Source: an uncultured delta proteobacterium (GTDB taxonomy: Bacteria > Desulfobacterota > Binatia > UBA9968). From it: a DNA stretch of 64,000 bases. Position numbers and translations under genes: made by a program. Every line of letters starts with the position of its first letter. Position 1 is the first letter of the stretch. This document shows, piece after piece, positions 48,427 through 58,026 of the stretch. Under the pieces are notes generated by a model. It was given only the letters and a program-made list of their open reading frames with translations. It was not told the DNA's origin and searched no databases. The stretch is taken from NCBI GenBank assembly GCA_963771465.1, contig CAVYTU010000015.1:64001-128000 (forward strand), written 5' to 3'.

Positions 48427-49362
48427 CTACGCCGCGCGAATACGAGTATCGAGATAGCGATGAAGCAAATCGACGACGCCGTTGGTGACGATGACGAACG
48501 CGCCGGCGATGATGACGGCGGCTTGCAGCACGGGAAAATCCTGGCGCGATGCCGCGTTGATCATCAGCTGGCCAATGCCGGGCCAGGCAAACACGACTTC
48601 GATGGCGAACGCCGCGCCGCCCATCATGCGCACGTATTCCCAGCCGATGGTCGTGAGCATCGTCACCGCGGTGTTGCGCAGAATATGCTTCCAGAGTATC
48701 AGCCGTTCCGGCAAGCCTTTGCTGCGCGCCACCAAGGCGTAGGGTTTGGTCATCTCTTCGAAAGTCGCCGAGCGCACCAGCTGAAACACCCGTGCGCCAT
48801 GAATGATCGCCAGCGCGCCAGCGGGAAGAACCAAACCTTGCCACGACGCAAATCCGGATGTCGGCAACACACCAAGCTGCACCGCGAAGATCACGATCAA
48901 AAGCAAACCCAACCAAAAATTGGGCACCGATAATGCCGTAATCGACAAGAAGTTTGCCCCGCGATCAAGTGCGGATTCGGGCCGGGCGCCGGCGAGGACG
49001 CCGAGCAGCGAACCACCCGATCCGGCGAAAACCAAGCCGACCAGGGTGAGCAACACGGTCGCCGGCAAAGCCTCAAGCACGACGGTTAACGCCGGCCGGT
49101 CCTGCCACAACGATTGACCGAAATCGCCGCGCACCAACGAGCCGAAGTAAGCGGTGAATTGTTCCGCAAACGGACGGTCCAGGCCGAGCTGGCGGCGCAA
49201 ACGGGCGATTTCTTGCTCGCTGGCATCCACCGGCGCCATCAGCGCCGCAGGATCGCCGATCATGTGGCCGAGGACGAAGATCACCAGAGTGACCAGGAAG
49301 AGAACGAGCAAGCCATCGCGCAGCCGCGCGAGCAGAAAAACCGGGAGCGAAGAATGATTCAA
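48427..49362 (-). CDS. Peptide ABC permease (DppB-like); start uncertain
   Basis: GDPA, LGLDRP, GDFGQS, P.FWLG, ARSKGL and EVVFAWPGIG motifs. Confidence 0.88.
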   Translation of the reverse strand: MNHSSLPVFLLARLRDGLLVLFLVTLVIFVLGHMIGDPAALMAPVDASEQEIARLRRQLGLDRPFAEQFTAYFGSLVRGDFGQSLWQDRPALTVVLEALPATVLLTLVGLVFAGSGGSLLGVLAGARPESALDRGANFLSITALSVPNFWLGLLLIVIFAVQLGVLPTSGFASWQGLVLPAGALAIIHGARVFQLVRSATFEEMTKPYALVARSKGLPERLILWKHILRNTAVTMLTTIGWEYVRMMGGAAFAIEVVFAWPGIGQLMINAASRQDFPVLQAAVIIAGAFVIVTNGVVDLLHRYLDTRIRAA

Positions 49363-49378
49363 GAAATTGATCCGGCAA

Positions 49379-50866
49379 TCATTGGCTAGCGCGCATGGCG
49401 GCGACGCGCACCTCATCATCGAGTCTCGGCTGCCACTCGAGCCGCTTGGACAAGCCGTAGATCAAATTCTGCTGCAGCAAATAGATCGCATGGGGATCTT
49501 TGTTCAGCATCGCCCACACTTCTTGATAGAGCTTATCGCGCGCCTTTTGATCCAAGGTCTGAATCGCCTTGTCCATCAGCTCGTCGATTTTTTTGTCGCA
49601 CAGTTTACTCGACGTGCCGTCGCAGGTGATATGCGAAACGATGCGCGAGGCGTCGAACCATTCGTTGGAGTTCCAGCCATATTTGAGATCGAAGGCGTTG
49701 GCTTCCTTGCCCGGTATCCGCCCGAGCTTGCGGTAGGCGTTCCACTCGTGCAGCTGAATCTTGACCTTGATGCCAACTTCTTTAAGTTGCGCTGCGACGA
49801 ACTCGGAGGTCTCTTCGCCTTTTAAATACCGGCCGATGGGCGCGTGCAACACCAGCTCGAAGCCATCCGGAAAACCAGCCTCCTTGAGCAACTGGCGCGC
49901 CCGCTTGAGATCGTAAGCATAGGGTTTGAGCTTGGCGTTGTAGCCCAACATACCCTTGGCTAAGTGCTGCGCATCCATTGGCCGGCCGTGACCCTGGTAA
50001 ATCGTCTTGGCCAGCGTCGCTTTGTCGATGGCGAGATTGAGCGCGATGCGCACCCGCGGGTCGGCCAATTCTTTTTTGTGGGCGTTGAATTGAATGTAGC
50101 TAAACTCGGTGGCCGGCACGGAAATAAACTTCGGCGCCAGCTTGGCCTGTTCGGGCAGTAAATCGAGCACGAGATCGATCTCGCCGGCCTGTAACGCCGA
50201 GATTTGCGTTTGCGCATCGGGGATGACCCGCACGGCGAATTCTCTAATTGACGGCTTCTCGCGCCAATAGGTTTCGTTGACGGCGAGAACGATGTCGCGG
50301 CCGCGGTCCCAGCGAACAAATTTATAGGGGCCGGTGCCGATGGGCGTCACGCCAAAGTTTTTTTCCTTGGCCGCTTTCGGCGGCACCATGACCAATTGCG
50401 TCATCTGCACCGGCAACACCGCATTGGTGCCGTCGGTCATCACGTCAAGAGTGTTCTCGTCGACCGCTTTGGCGCCTTTGATATTTTCAATGTAAGACGC
50501 GCGCTGGGTCTTATACTCTTTGTCGACGATCCGGTTGACGCTAAACGCCGCCGCCTCGGCGTTGAACGGCTCGCCGTTATGGAACTTGACGTTCTTTTTT
50601 AGATTGAAGCGCCAGGTGGTATCGTTGACCGCCTTGTAACTCTCCGCCAACCAGGGAATCACCTGGCCATTGGCGCCGCGGTCCAACAAGCTTTCGAAGA
50701 TATTGCCGCTGGCGACTCGAGAGTTTCGGTCGATGACAGCCTGGCCGTCCAAGGTCGAAGGTTCGGTGCTCACTGCTATCACGAGTGGCCGCGACGGTTT
50801 GGCCGCCGCTCCGGTCAGAAACACCAGAGCCGCGGCGACTATTATTAAGTGTCTGACAGTTTTCAT
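49379..50866 (-). CDS. Family 5 extracellular solute-binding protein (DppA-like)
   Basis: PWLAESY, VKFHNGEPF.A, PIGTGPYKF and DPRVR.A motifs; RBS AGGAGG. Confidence 0.93.
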   Translation of the reverse strand: MKTVRHLIIVAAALVFLTGAAAKPSRPLVIAVSTEPSTLDGQAVIDRNSRVASGNIFESLLDRGANGQVIPWLAESYKAVNDTTWRFNLKKNVKFHNGEPFNAEAAAFSVNRIVDKEYKTQRASYIENIKGAKAVDENTLDVMTDGTNAVLPVQMTQLVMVPPKAAKEKNFGVTPIGTGPYKFVRWDRGRDIVLAVNETYWREKPSIREFAVRVIPDAQTQISALQAGEIDLVLDLLPEQAKLAPKFISVPATEFSYIQFNAHKKELADPRVRIALNLAIDKATLAKTIYQGHGRPMDAQHLAKGMLGYNAKLKPYAYDLKRARQLLKEAGFPDGFELVLHAPIGRYLKGEETSEFVAAQLKEVGIKVKIQLHEWNAYRKLGRIPGKEANAFDLKYGWNSNEWFDASRIVSHITCDGTSSKLCDKKIDELMDKAIQTLDQKARDKLYQEVWAMLNKDPHAIYLLQQNLIYGLSKRLEWQPRLDDEVRVAAMRASQ

Positions 50867-50890
50867 AGCATCGACCTCCTAATGACTTCC

Positions 50891-50906
50891 GCGATAATTT
50901 TGCCAA
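50891..50906 (-). promoter_or_regulatory. Possible sigma54 -24/-12 promoter
   Basis: Minus strand TTGGCAAAATTATCGC (GG-N10-GC) just upstream of the dppA-like RBS; a similar TTGGCGTAATTTGCGC at 30205-30220. Confidence 0.3.
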
Positions 50907-51165
50907 TGTGAACCGATTGAAGAGATTGCGTTTACTAGCTTTGCCGGAGTAATTCAACGATTTCCCCCGCGCCAAAGATTAGCCAACTGCTGTGCCGAGC
51001 GATCTCTCGCTTAGCCACTAAATATCAGAAATATACTATGGAGACTATACTCCCCAACCAACGGCCCCGGCACTATGATGCTCTTGCTCCAAGGCGTCGG
51101 TTCGCGGTAATACGCTTCCAGAAGATCTAATTTTCGATCGAATGCAATTGCTAAACGCCGCGCCA

Positions 51166-52191
51166 ATGACTGCACTACGAAAAACAATCCTTTTACTCGG
51201 TTTAGCCGGGTCGCTGCCACTAATCTTCGGCTTGCGGGTCGCCCGCGCTCAGCAGGAGAAGCTCGAACGCATGGTTATCTCCTATGCCGGAATCACCGGC
51301 GGACGGGGGCCGGTTTGGATCGCCAAGGAGCTGAAACTTTTCGAAAAGCACGGCCTTGATGCGCGCCTGGTGCAAATCACCGCCGGCGCTACTTCGATCA
51401 ACGCTTTGATCGCCGGCGACGTCGACATGGCGATGACGACGTCGTCGGCTGCCGTCGCGGCGGTTCTGCGCGACGCGCCGTTGTCGATCATAGCCACCGG
51501 CGGCGCGCCACCCTACAAACTGGTCGCCCACTCGGCTATAAATTCTGCGGCACAGCTCAAGGGCAAGGTCGTCGGCAGCAGTCAACTCGCCTCCGGCGCC
51601 GACTTCGCCATCCGCAAGCTCTTGCCCAAGTTGGGATTGACTCCGGGAAAAGATGTAACCGTTTTACCGACCGGCTTAAGCGAGTCGCATAAACGCATCC
51701 TGCTGATTTTCCAGGGACGCATCGATGCTACCTTGGCGACCGTTGAAAATGTCTTCCAAGTCGAGCTCGGCGGCCAAAAACTAAACGTCATCGCCGATTT
51801 AAAAGAAATGGGTGTCCACGTCAGCGGCACGGACATGTTGACGACCCAGCAGTTTTTGAAAACCCATCCGCAAAAAGTCAAATCGTTTTTACGGGCCTAT
51901 ATCGAAGGGGTGTGGACCGGCATACAGAATCGAGAAGTTTCTGACCGCATTTACCGAAAATATTTAAAAATCGATAACCCAAAACTGTTGGAAGCGATGC
52001 ACAAAAGTTATTTTGTCGCCGGCAACGTGCCGCTCAAACCCTATCCGCAGCTCGATTCGGTACAATCGGACGTAGAATATTTAACCACGGCGAATCCCGG
52101 GCTTAAGACCAAGAAAGCAACCGAGATCGTCGACACGACGCTACTGCGCGAAATCGAGAACGAAGGCTTTTACACGCAGCTGCGGCGCTGA
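51166..52191 (+). CDS. ABC substrate-binding protein, NitT/TauT family
   Basis: Hydrophobic leader, PVWIAKELKLFEKHGL and LKGKVVG motifs; alternative start 51142. Confidence 0.88.
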   Translation: MTALRKTILLLGLAGSLPLIFGLRVARAQQEKLERMVISYAGITGGRGPVWIAKELKLFEKHGLDARLVQITAGATSINALIAGDVDMAMTTSSAAVAAVLRDAPLSIIATGGAPPYKLVAHSAINSAAQLKGKVVGSSQLASGADFAIRKLLPKLGLTPGKDVTVLPTGLSESHKRILLIFQGRIDATLATVENVFQVELGGQKLNVIADLKEMGVHVSGTDMLTTQQFLKTHPQKVKSFLRAYIEGVWTGIQNREVSDRIYRKYLKIDNPKLLEAMHKSYFVAGNVPLKPYPQLDSVQSDVEYLTTANPGLKTKKATEIVDTTLLREIENEGFYTQLRR

Positions 52192-52254
52192 CCCAGAGAA
52201 TGAACGCATCGCCTTAGCGAATTTTTAGCGCAACAAAATAACAAGAGAACTCAA

Positions 52255-53427
52255 ATGGGCTATCAAGGTTTTACCGTCATCGACGCCGACTCGCATTTCC
52301 GCGAGTATCTCGACGTCGATCGCACCTATCGCGACAATATCGATCCTGAGTATCGTGAAGCGTTCGAGCGGCTTTCCCGCGCCGTCGCCAAGCGACGTGA
52401 GGTAGGGCAATCCACCGATCTGTTCATGGGACCCATGGCGATCATCGAACCGTCGGACGAGTGGCGTCCACTCGGCGTCTACGATACCTTCGGCGCCGAG
52501 CGACCAACTCAGGCGCGCATGACGCGCCAGACGCCGATTCCGCGCGAGGTCAACTGGCAGCCGGAGCTGAGACTCAAGGATATGGACCGCGCCGGGATCG
52601 ATATGAGCGTGATCTTTCCGAGCCACGCCGCCAGTTATTGTATTTTGCGCGAGGTTGGTTTCGAGAGCGCGCTGCACCGGGCGCATCACCGTTACATGAG
52701 CCAATACTGTGGCGGCGCCAACGGCCGGCTGCGCTGGGTCGCCATCGCGACCATGCGCGATATAGCCGCGAGCGTAGGAGAAATCACCCATTGGGCCGAG
52801 AAAGATGCCAATCTCGCCGGCGTGCTGGTGCCGCCGCTCTGTCCCGATGGCAAGCTGCTCGACACTCCTGATCTCCATCCGTTGTTTCAGCGCGCTCAGG
52901 AACTCGACCTGCCGATTCTGGTTCACGGCGGCGTCTTGCGCTCACCCCACGGCCCTGGCGCCAGCGAGCTCAATAACGCCGGCTTTATCATTCGCGCCGT
53001 CTATCAGCCTTGGGGCGGCATGACCGCAATCAGCGCGCTGATTGGCGGCGGCGTTTTCGAACTGTTCACCAAGCTCCGCGTCGCGGTTTTCGAAACCAGC
53101 GCGGGCTGGCTGCCGTGGTTAATTGAACGGCTCGACGAAAGCTATGAGTCAAAGCCGAATCTTGTGCCCCATTTGAAGCGCAAACCATCCGAGGTGCTCG
53201 CCGAAGGACGGCTGTTCCACTCCATCGACCCCGGCGAGCGTTACATCGCGCATTGTGTCCAAGAGTTGGGCGAAGACATCTGGCTGTTCGCGACGGATTA
53301 CCCGCACACCGGCGTGGCATTTCCCGACGGCGCCCAAGCCGCAGTCGACCGGCCGGGACTCTCCGAAAGCGCCAAGAGAAAAATCCTCGGCGCCAACGCG
53401 CAACGCTTATTTGCCCGGCTCGCCTGA
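52255..53427 (+). CDS. Amidohydrolase_2 family protein
   Basis: IDADSH, RLKDMD..GID..V.FPS, LVHG, FETSAGW and FATDYPH motifs. Confidence 0.9.
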   Translation: MGYQGFTVIDADSHFREYLDVDRTYRDNIDPEYREAFERLSRAVAKRREVGQSTDLFMGPMAIIEPSDEWRPLGVYDTFGAERPTQARMTRQTPIPREVNWQPELRLKDMDRAGIDMSVIFPSHAASYCILREVGFESALHRAHHRYMSQYCGGANGRLRWVAIATMRDIAASVGEITHWAEKDANLAGVLVPPLCPDGKLLDTPDLHPLFQRAQELDLPILVHGGVLRSPHGPGASELNNAGFIIRAVYQPWGGMTAISALIGGGVFELFTKLRVAVFETSAGWLPWLIERLDESYESKPNLVPHLKRKPSEVLAEGRLFHSIDPGERYIAHCVQELGEDIWLFATDYPHTGVAFPDGAQAAVDRPGLSESAKRKILGANAQRLFARLA

Positions 53428-53613
53428 GCAGTCGCGCAAGACAGCACCCCGGTGAAATCGCTGATAAGAAGGATTGCACCCACGACAATTTAACCGAAGT
53501 CGGAGACTTCACGGTGACCCCCGCTTGCCGATTGACGCGAGTTTTTCTAAGATCACCCCATTAACTCGTAGAAATTCTTTGAATGAAGACTCCGAGAAAG
53601 CGAGGACACTGCA

Positions 53614-54888
53614 ATGTTAACTAGAGAAGAGAACCAACTGGTAACTCGCGTCGGTCGCGGCACACCGATGGGCGAAGTCATGCGACGTTATTGGATGCCG
53701 GCGTTGCTCGCCGAACAATTACCGTCGCCCGATTGCCCGCCGGTTCGGGTGAAACTCTTGGGCGAAGAACTGGTCGCCTTTCGCGACAGCCAAGGCCGCG
53801 TCGGCCTATTGGAAGAATTTTGTCCGCACCGGCGCGCATCGCTCTTCCTGGGCCGTAACGAAGAGAGCGGCTTGCGCTGCGTCTATCACGGCTGGAAGTT
53901 CGACGTTCAAGGCCGTTGCGTCGACATGCCCAACGAGCCGGCGGCGAGCAACTTCAAAGACAAGGTTAGCATACAATCCTATCCCACGATCGAAATGGGC
54001 GGGGTGATCTGGACCTACATGGGTCCGCCGGAAAAAATCCCCGAACCGGTCGGTATGGAGTGGCTGCGTGCTCCAGAGAACCATCGCTTCGTGTCTCAGA
54101 CCCATGAATTTTGCAATTACGTCCAATGCGTCGAAGGCGGCATCGATACCTGCCACGGCTCGTTTCTCCACAACAACGATCTCTCCGATCTCGCCGCGTT
54201 TAGCCGCATCGATCGGGCGCCGCGGCTGGAAGTGGAACGGACCGATTATGGCTTTCGATATGTCGGTATTCGCGATGTAGGCGAGATCGGCACCTATTTG
54301 CGGCTCTATCAATTCGTCCTGCCGTTTCATCAGTTCCGCTCCCAACAAATCGTTCGCCGTAAAGGCCAAGGCAGCGGCAACCGCGCCGATATCCCGATCA
54401 TGAAAGGCCACATGTGGGTGCCCATGGATGACCACAGCACCATGGTTTACAACTGGATGTTTGCTGTCGACGAGGACAAACCGATGACTCAGGAGTTCAT
54501 CGAGCAGCAGGAAAACAGCGGCGGCCGCGGTCCCGCAGGCGAAACTACCGTGCGCCACCGCACCCGCGAAAATGACTGGCTGATCGACCGCGAAGTGCAA
54601 CGCACGAAGACTTACACCGGCATCAAGGGCGTCAACACGCAGGACTTGGCCGTGCAGGAAAGCATGGGCGCCATCGTCGATCGCAGCCTCGAGCATCTCG
54701 GCACATCGGATAAAGCGATTATTACCTACCGGCGCATTCTGCTCGACGTTCTCCGCGATTTTGAGAACGGCATCGAGCCGCTCGGTGTCAACCCGCGCAC
54801 TTATCGCAATGTACGATCGGCCGATATCGTCATTCCAAAAGACGCGCGCTGGCAAGACATCGCCGACCAAAGTGTCGCGCACTGGTAG
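53614..54888 (+). CDS. Rieske non-heme iron oxygenase alpha subunit (phthalate 4,5-dioxygenase/LigXa-like)
   Basis: CPHR...CVYHGW Rieske motif, EGGIDTCHGSFLH and QD iron ligands, EHLGTSD. Confidence 0.92.
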   Translation: MLTREENQLVTRVGRGTPMGEVMRRYWMPALLAEQLPSPDCPPVRVKLLGEELVAFRDSQGRVGLLEEFCPHRRASLFLGRNEESGLRCVYHGWKFDVQGRCVDMPNEPAASNFKDKVSIQSYPTIEMGGVIWTYMGPPEKIPEPVGMEWLRAPENHRFVSQTHEFCNYVQCVEGGIDTCHGSFLHNNDLSDLAAFSRIDRAPRLEVERTDYGFRYVGIRDVGEIGTYLRLYQFVLPFHQFRSQQIVRRKGQGSGNRADIPIMKGHMWVPMDDHSTMVYNWMFAVDEDKPMTQEFIEQQENSGGRGPAGETTVRHRTRENDWLIDREVQRTKTYTGIKGVNTQDLAVQESMGAIVDRSLEHLGTSDKAIITYRRILLDVLRDFENGIEPLGVNPRTYRNVRSADIVIPKDARWQDIADQSVAHW

Positions 54889-54896
54889 ATACGGTA

Positions 54897-56043
54897 ATGC
54901 CCAGTGTAATTGCACAGATGAGGCATCGGCGCGTCGTTACATTCTCGGTGCTCTTGGCTTTGGCATCATTTTTTTACTGCGCGCCGACCCTTCACGCGGA
55001 CTGGAAAAGCGACTGGGAGAAAGTAACCGCAGCAGCGAAAAAAGAAGGCCAGCTCAATCTCTACGTCGGCCGGTACGGCCAGGCGGCGCTGCTGGACGAG
55101 TTCAAAAAAGAATTCCCCGAGATCAAGATTGTTTCGGTCAATGGCACCGGCGATCAATTGGCGACGCGCATCGCCGCCGAAGTGCGCGGCGGCAAAACCA
55201 TCGCCGACATTTACAGCGGCGGGCCCAATTCAATTCAGAACGCGCTTTACCGCGGCAAGATGCTCGACTCGATCAAGTCCGCTTTTATTCTGCCGGAAAT
55301 CCTCGATGAGTCGAAATGGTATGGCGGCAAACATGTTTTCATTGACCGCGAAGGCCAGTTCATATTTCTTTACGTCGCGCTGCCGGGCTCGCGCGGTTTA
55401 TCTTTCAACGCAAGCTTGGTAAACCCGAAAGGAATTCAAATCGTATTGGGATCTGACGCTACCGAAGTGGAAAGGAAAAATCACTTCCCAGCGGGTCACT
55501 GAAACCGGCCTGAGCGCGCACTTGCAGTTCTACTACTATCATCCCGACCTCGGCCCCGAGTTCATCAAGCGCGCCTTCGGCGCCATGGACATCACGTTTG
55601 GTGATCGGCGCACGATCACCGATTGGCTGGCGGTCGGCAAATACGCCATCTGCCATGGCTGCCGCCAAGTCGACAAAGCCCAGAGTCAAGGTCTGGCGGT
55701 CGATGACTTCGACACTGGCGATTGGAAAGAAGGACAGCAGCTCAGCACGGGCGGCGGCTCCATCGGGCTGATCAAAGGCGGGCCCAATCCTAACGCGGCG
55801 CGGGTTTTTATCAATTGGTTCCTGTCGCGCAAAGGGCAGACGGCGATGCAAAAATCCAACGATCTTTACGGCGAGAATCCGCCGAACTCTCGCCGCATCG
55901 ATATTCCCAAAGACATGCTGCCTAGTGAAAACCGTCTGATCGACGGTAGAAAATATCTAGACGTATCGAACCCGGAGTTTAGCGACATGGCGCCGGTACT
56001 AAAACTAGCGCGCGAGATCATGCGCGCGCGCGATCAGAAGTGA
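54897..56043 (+). pseudogene. AfuA/FbpA-like solute-binding protein split by one +1 frameshift (pseudogene or sequencing error)
   Basis: Removing one base at ccgaaaggaa (about 55428-55431) gives ...VNPKEFKSYWDLTLPKWKGK..., joining ORFs 54897-55502 and 55522-56043; paralog of 40894-41994. Confidence 0.82.
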
Positions 56044-56050
56044 GGAGACT

Positions 56051-57175
56051 ATGAAGATAATTGGTATCAGCAAAATTTTCTTGTTGGCTGCGAGTTGGTT
56101 CTTAGTCTGTGGCAACAGCTTTGCCGCCGCACCCAACGCAGCGTTAGTCAAAGCCAAACAAGACGCCGAAGCCAAAGGATTCCTATTCGAATCGAGCCAC
56201 GACGACATCGTCGCCAAGGCCAAGAAGGAAGGCAAGCTACGCGTCATCAGCACCATGGAAACCGCCGTCATCAAGGCAATGCGCGATAGCTTCAAGAAAA
56301 AGTATCCGTTCATCGACGTGCAGACTCAGGAGCTCGGCTCGGTCGACGAGAATCAACGCTTTCTCCTGGAGCTCAAAGCCGGCATCGTCAAAAACTGGGA
56401 CGTGAACCGGGCGTACACTGACTTCTACGATCAGTATTTTCCTTATCAGAAAAAATTTGACATCCTTGGCATGGCGGAACAGAAAGTGCTGAACATTCCG
56501 CCTAAACTCGTCGATCCACAGCAACGCAATTTGATCGCTATCGGCAGCAACATCACCGTGGTCGCTTACAACAAGAAGATGATCAGCGCCGAGAAAGTGC
56601 CCGATCGTTGGGAGGACTTTCTCAAACCCGAGTTCAAAGGCAAGAAATTCGTGCTCGATATCCGGCCGTTGCCGCTCGGTATGTTAGTGCCCGCTTGGGG
56701 TCAAGAGAAAACCGTCGACTTCGCCAAAAAATTAAACGCGCAGCAGCCGGTGTGGGGCCGTGGACACACCCGTGTCATGGCGTCATTGCAAGCCGGCGAA
56801 TATCCGCTCTTCCTCGGCCCGAACTTCGGAGCGGTCAAAAGATCACAAATGAAGGACCCGACCGGAGCGATCGGCTATAAGATTCCAGAACCCATCCCAG
56901 TGCGATTGCATGAAGCCAATGGCGTCTTGGCCAACGCCGAATATCCTTACGCGGCGTTGCTGTGGCTGGAATACCAAGCGTCGCCCGAGGGCCAGAAAAT
57001 CATGGACGAGCACTGGCCGTTCGGCGCATCGCTCTTCGCGCCCGGATCGGCCCAAGAAGAAGTCACCCGCGGTAAAAAACTTTCGCTCATCGATTGGGGC
57101 CACTACACCAAGCTCGATGACTATATAAACAAAGCCGTCGAAGCGATGGGCTTCCCGACGGCGACCGTGAAGTGA
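56051..57175 (+). CDS. Extracellular solute-binding protein (paralog of 23034-24164)
   Basis: Shared KAKQDAEAKGF.FE.SHD.IVAKA.KEGKLRV N-terminus. Confidence 0.9.
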   Translation: MKIIGISKIFLLAASWFLVCGNSFAAAPNAALVKAKQDAEAKGFLFESSHDDIVAKAKKEGKLRVISTMETAVIKAMRDSFKKKYPFIDVQTQELGSVDENQRFLLELKAGIVKNWDVNRAYTDFYDQYFPYQKKFDILGMAEQKVLNIPPKLVDPQQRNLIAIGSNITVVAYNKKMISAEKVPDRWEDFLKPEFKGKKFVLDIRPLPLGMLVPAWGQEKTVDFAKKLNAQQPVWGRGHTRVMASLQAGEYPLFLGPNFGAVKRSQMKDPTGAIGYKIPEPIPVRLHEANGVLANAEYPYAALLWLEYQASPEGQKIMDEHWPFGASLFAPGSAQEEVTRGKKLSLIDWGHYTKLDDYINKAVEAMGFPTATVK

Positions 57176-57178
57176 ATA

Positions 57179-57243
57179 GTCGAGGATGGATCAGGATCGA
57201 AGATGGCAGTCCGATCGCAGATTTCTCGATTCTCCATCTTCGG
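57179..57243. repeat. Degenerate GAGGAT/ATCCTC 7-bp inverted element
   Basis: gtcgaggatggatcaggatcgaagatggc ... tctcgattctccatcttcg. Confidence 0.6.
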
Positions 57244-57292
57244 GCCATCTGTCGTGATCTAACCCATTGGGCATCATTGATAAGGGAAACAT

Positions 57293-58012
57293 ATGAATCA
57301 AACGCGCATCGGCCTCTTGAGCCCCGAAGGAACCAACTCGGGACACTTTCGCAATTTGGAAAAACTCTTGCCTTCCGAAGTTCACGTTTCGATGGATGGC
57401 TTGGAGCTGGCACGTTCATCGCGCTATGAACTGGCTGATAAATCCGCGGTCATCGTTGCGCGCGCCCGTGATTTCGCCCAGAAAGAGTCGCTGCAAGGAA
57501 TGATAGTCACCGGCGCCCCGGTGGCGATTCTCAATCCAGGAATTGAATTAAAGGTCTCACAGGCTGTGGGAATTCCAGTCGTCACGGCGGTTTCATCCTG
57601 CATCGCGGCGCTCAAAGCTATCGGTGCCAAAAAACTCGTCGTGATGACGCCTTTCGATGTACCGATGAATGAGAAACTTACCAGTGAACTCGAGCGGGCT
57701 GGATTGAACGTGCTCGCCTGCCCGCCGTTCAAAGATCCCACTTTCGGAGCCAGCTCAAAAATCGGCCCGGAGGAAGTCTTTGCAACCACAACAGCCGCCT
57801 TCAATGCGGCTGAGGGCGCCGACGCGATTTATTTCCAAGGCGCGCGACTCGATCCGCTGCCGGTAATCGACAAATTAGAAGGGTCGCTCGGCGTACCGGT
57901 GATCGCCAGCAATCCGGCGATGTTGTGGAACATCTTGTCGCTCTTGAACGTTCAATGCTCCATCAGCGGCTACGGCAAGCTGCTCAAGAATTGGCCGCTG
58001 CTGATCAAGTAA
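57293..58012 (+). CDS. Maleate isomerase/arylmalonate decarboxylase (Asp/Glu racemase fold) family protein
   Basis: RIGLLSP, PVVTAV, GAKKL...TPF, DAIY, LE..LG.PVIASN.A.LW and GYGKLL motifs. Confidence 0.85.
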   Translation: MNQTRIGLLSPEGTNSGHFRNLEKLLPSEVHVSMDGLELARSSRYELADKSAVIVARARDFAQKESLQGMIVTGAPVAILNPGIELKVSQAVGIPVVTAVSSCIAALKAIGAKKLVVMTPFDVPMNEKLTSELERAGLNVLACPPFKDPTFGASSKIGPEEVFATTTAAFNAAEGADAIYFQGARLDPLPVIDKLEGSLGVPVIASNPAMLWNILSLLNVQCSISGYGKLLKNWPLLIK

Positions 58013-58026
58013 AAGTAACTACGCCT

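Noticed and set aside
47519-48916. 465-aa extended DppC ORF
   Set aside because: The first 166 codons overlap dppB in another frame; permease homology starts after ATG 48418.
53806-54915. 369-aa antisense ORF, and similar long shadows at 3317-4213, 7599-8435, 34909-35739, 44369-45220 and 58054-58878
   Set aside because: They lie opposite well-supported genes, have no motifs, and are expected from codon bias in GC-rich DNA.
54897-56043. Programmed frameshift or selenocysteine readthrough at the TGA ending 55502
   Set aside because: Homology shifts frame about 70 bp before the TGA, and there is no slippery heptamer or SECIS-like evidence.
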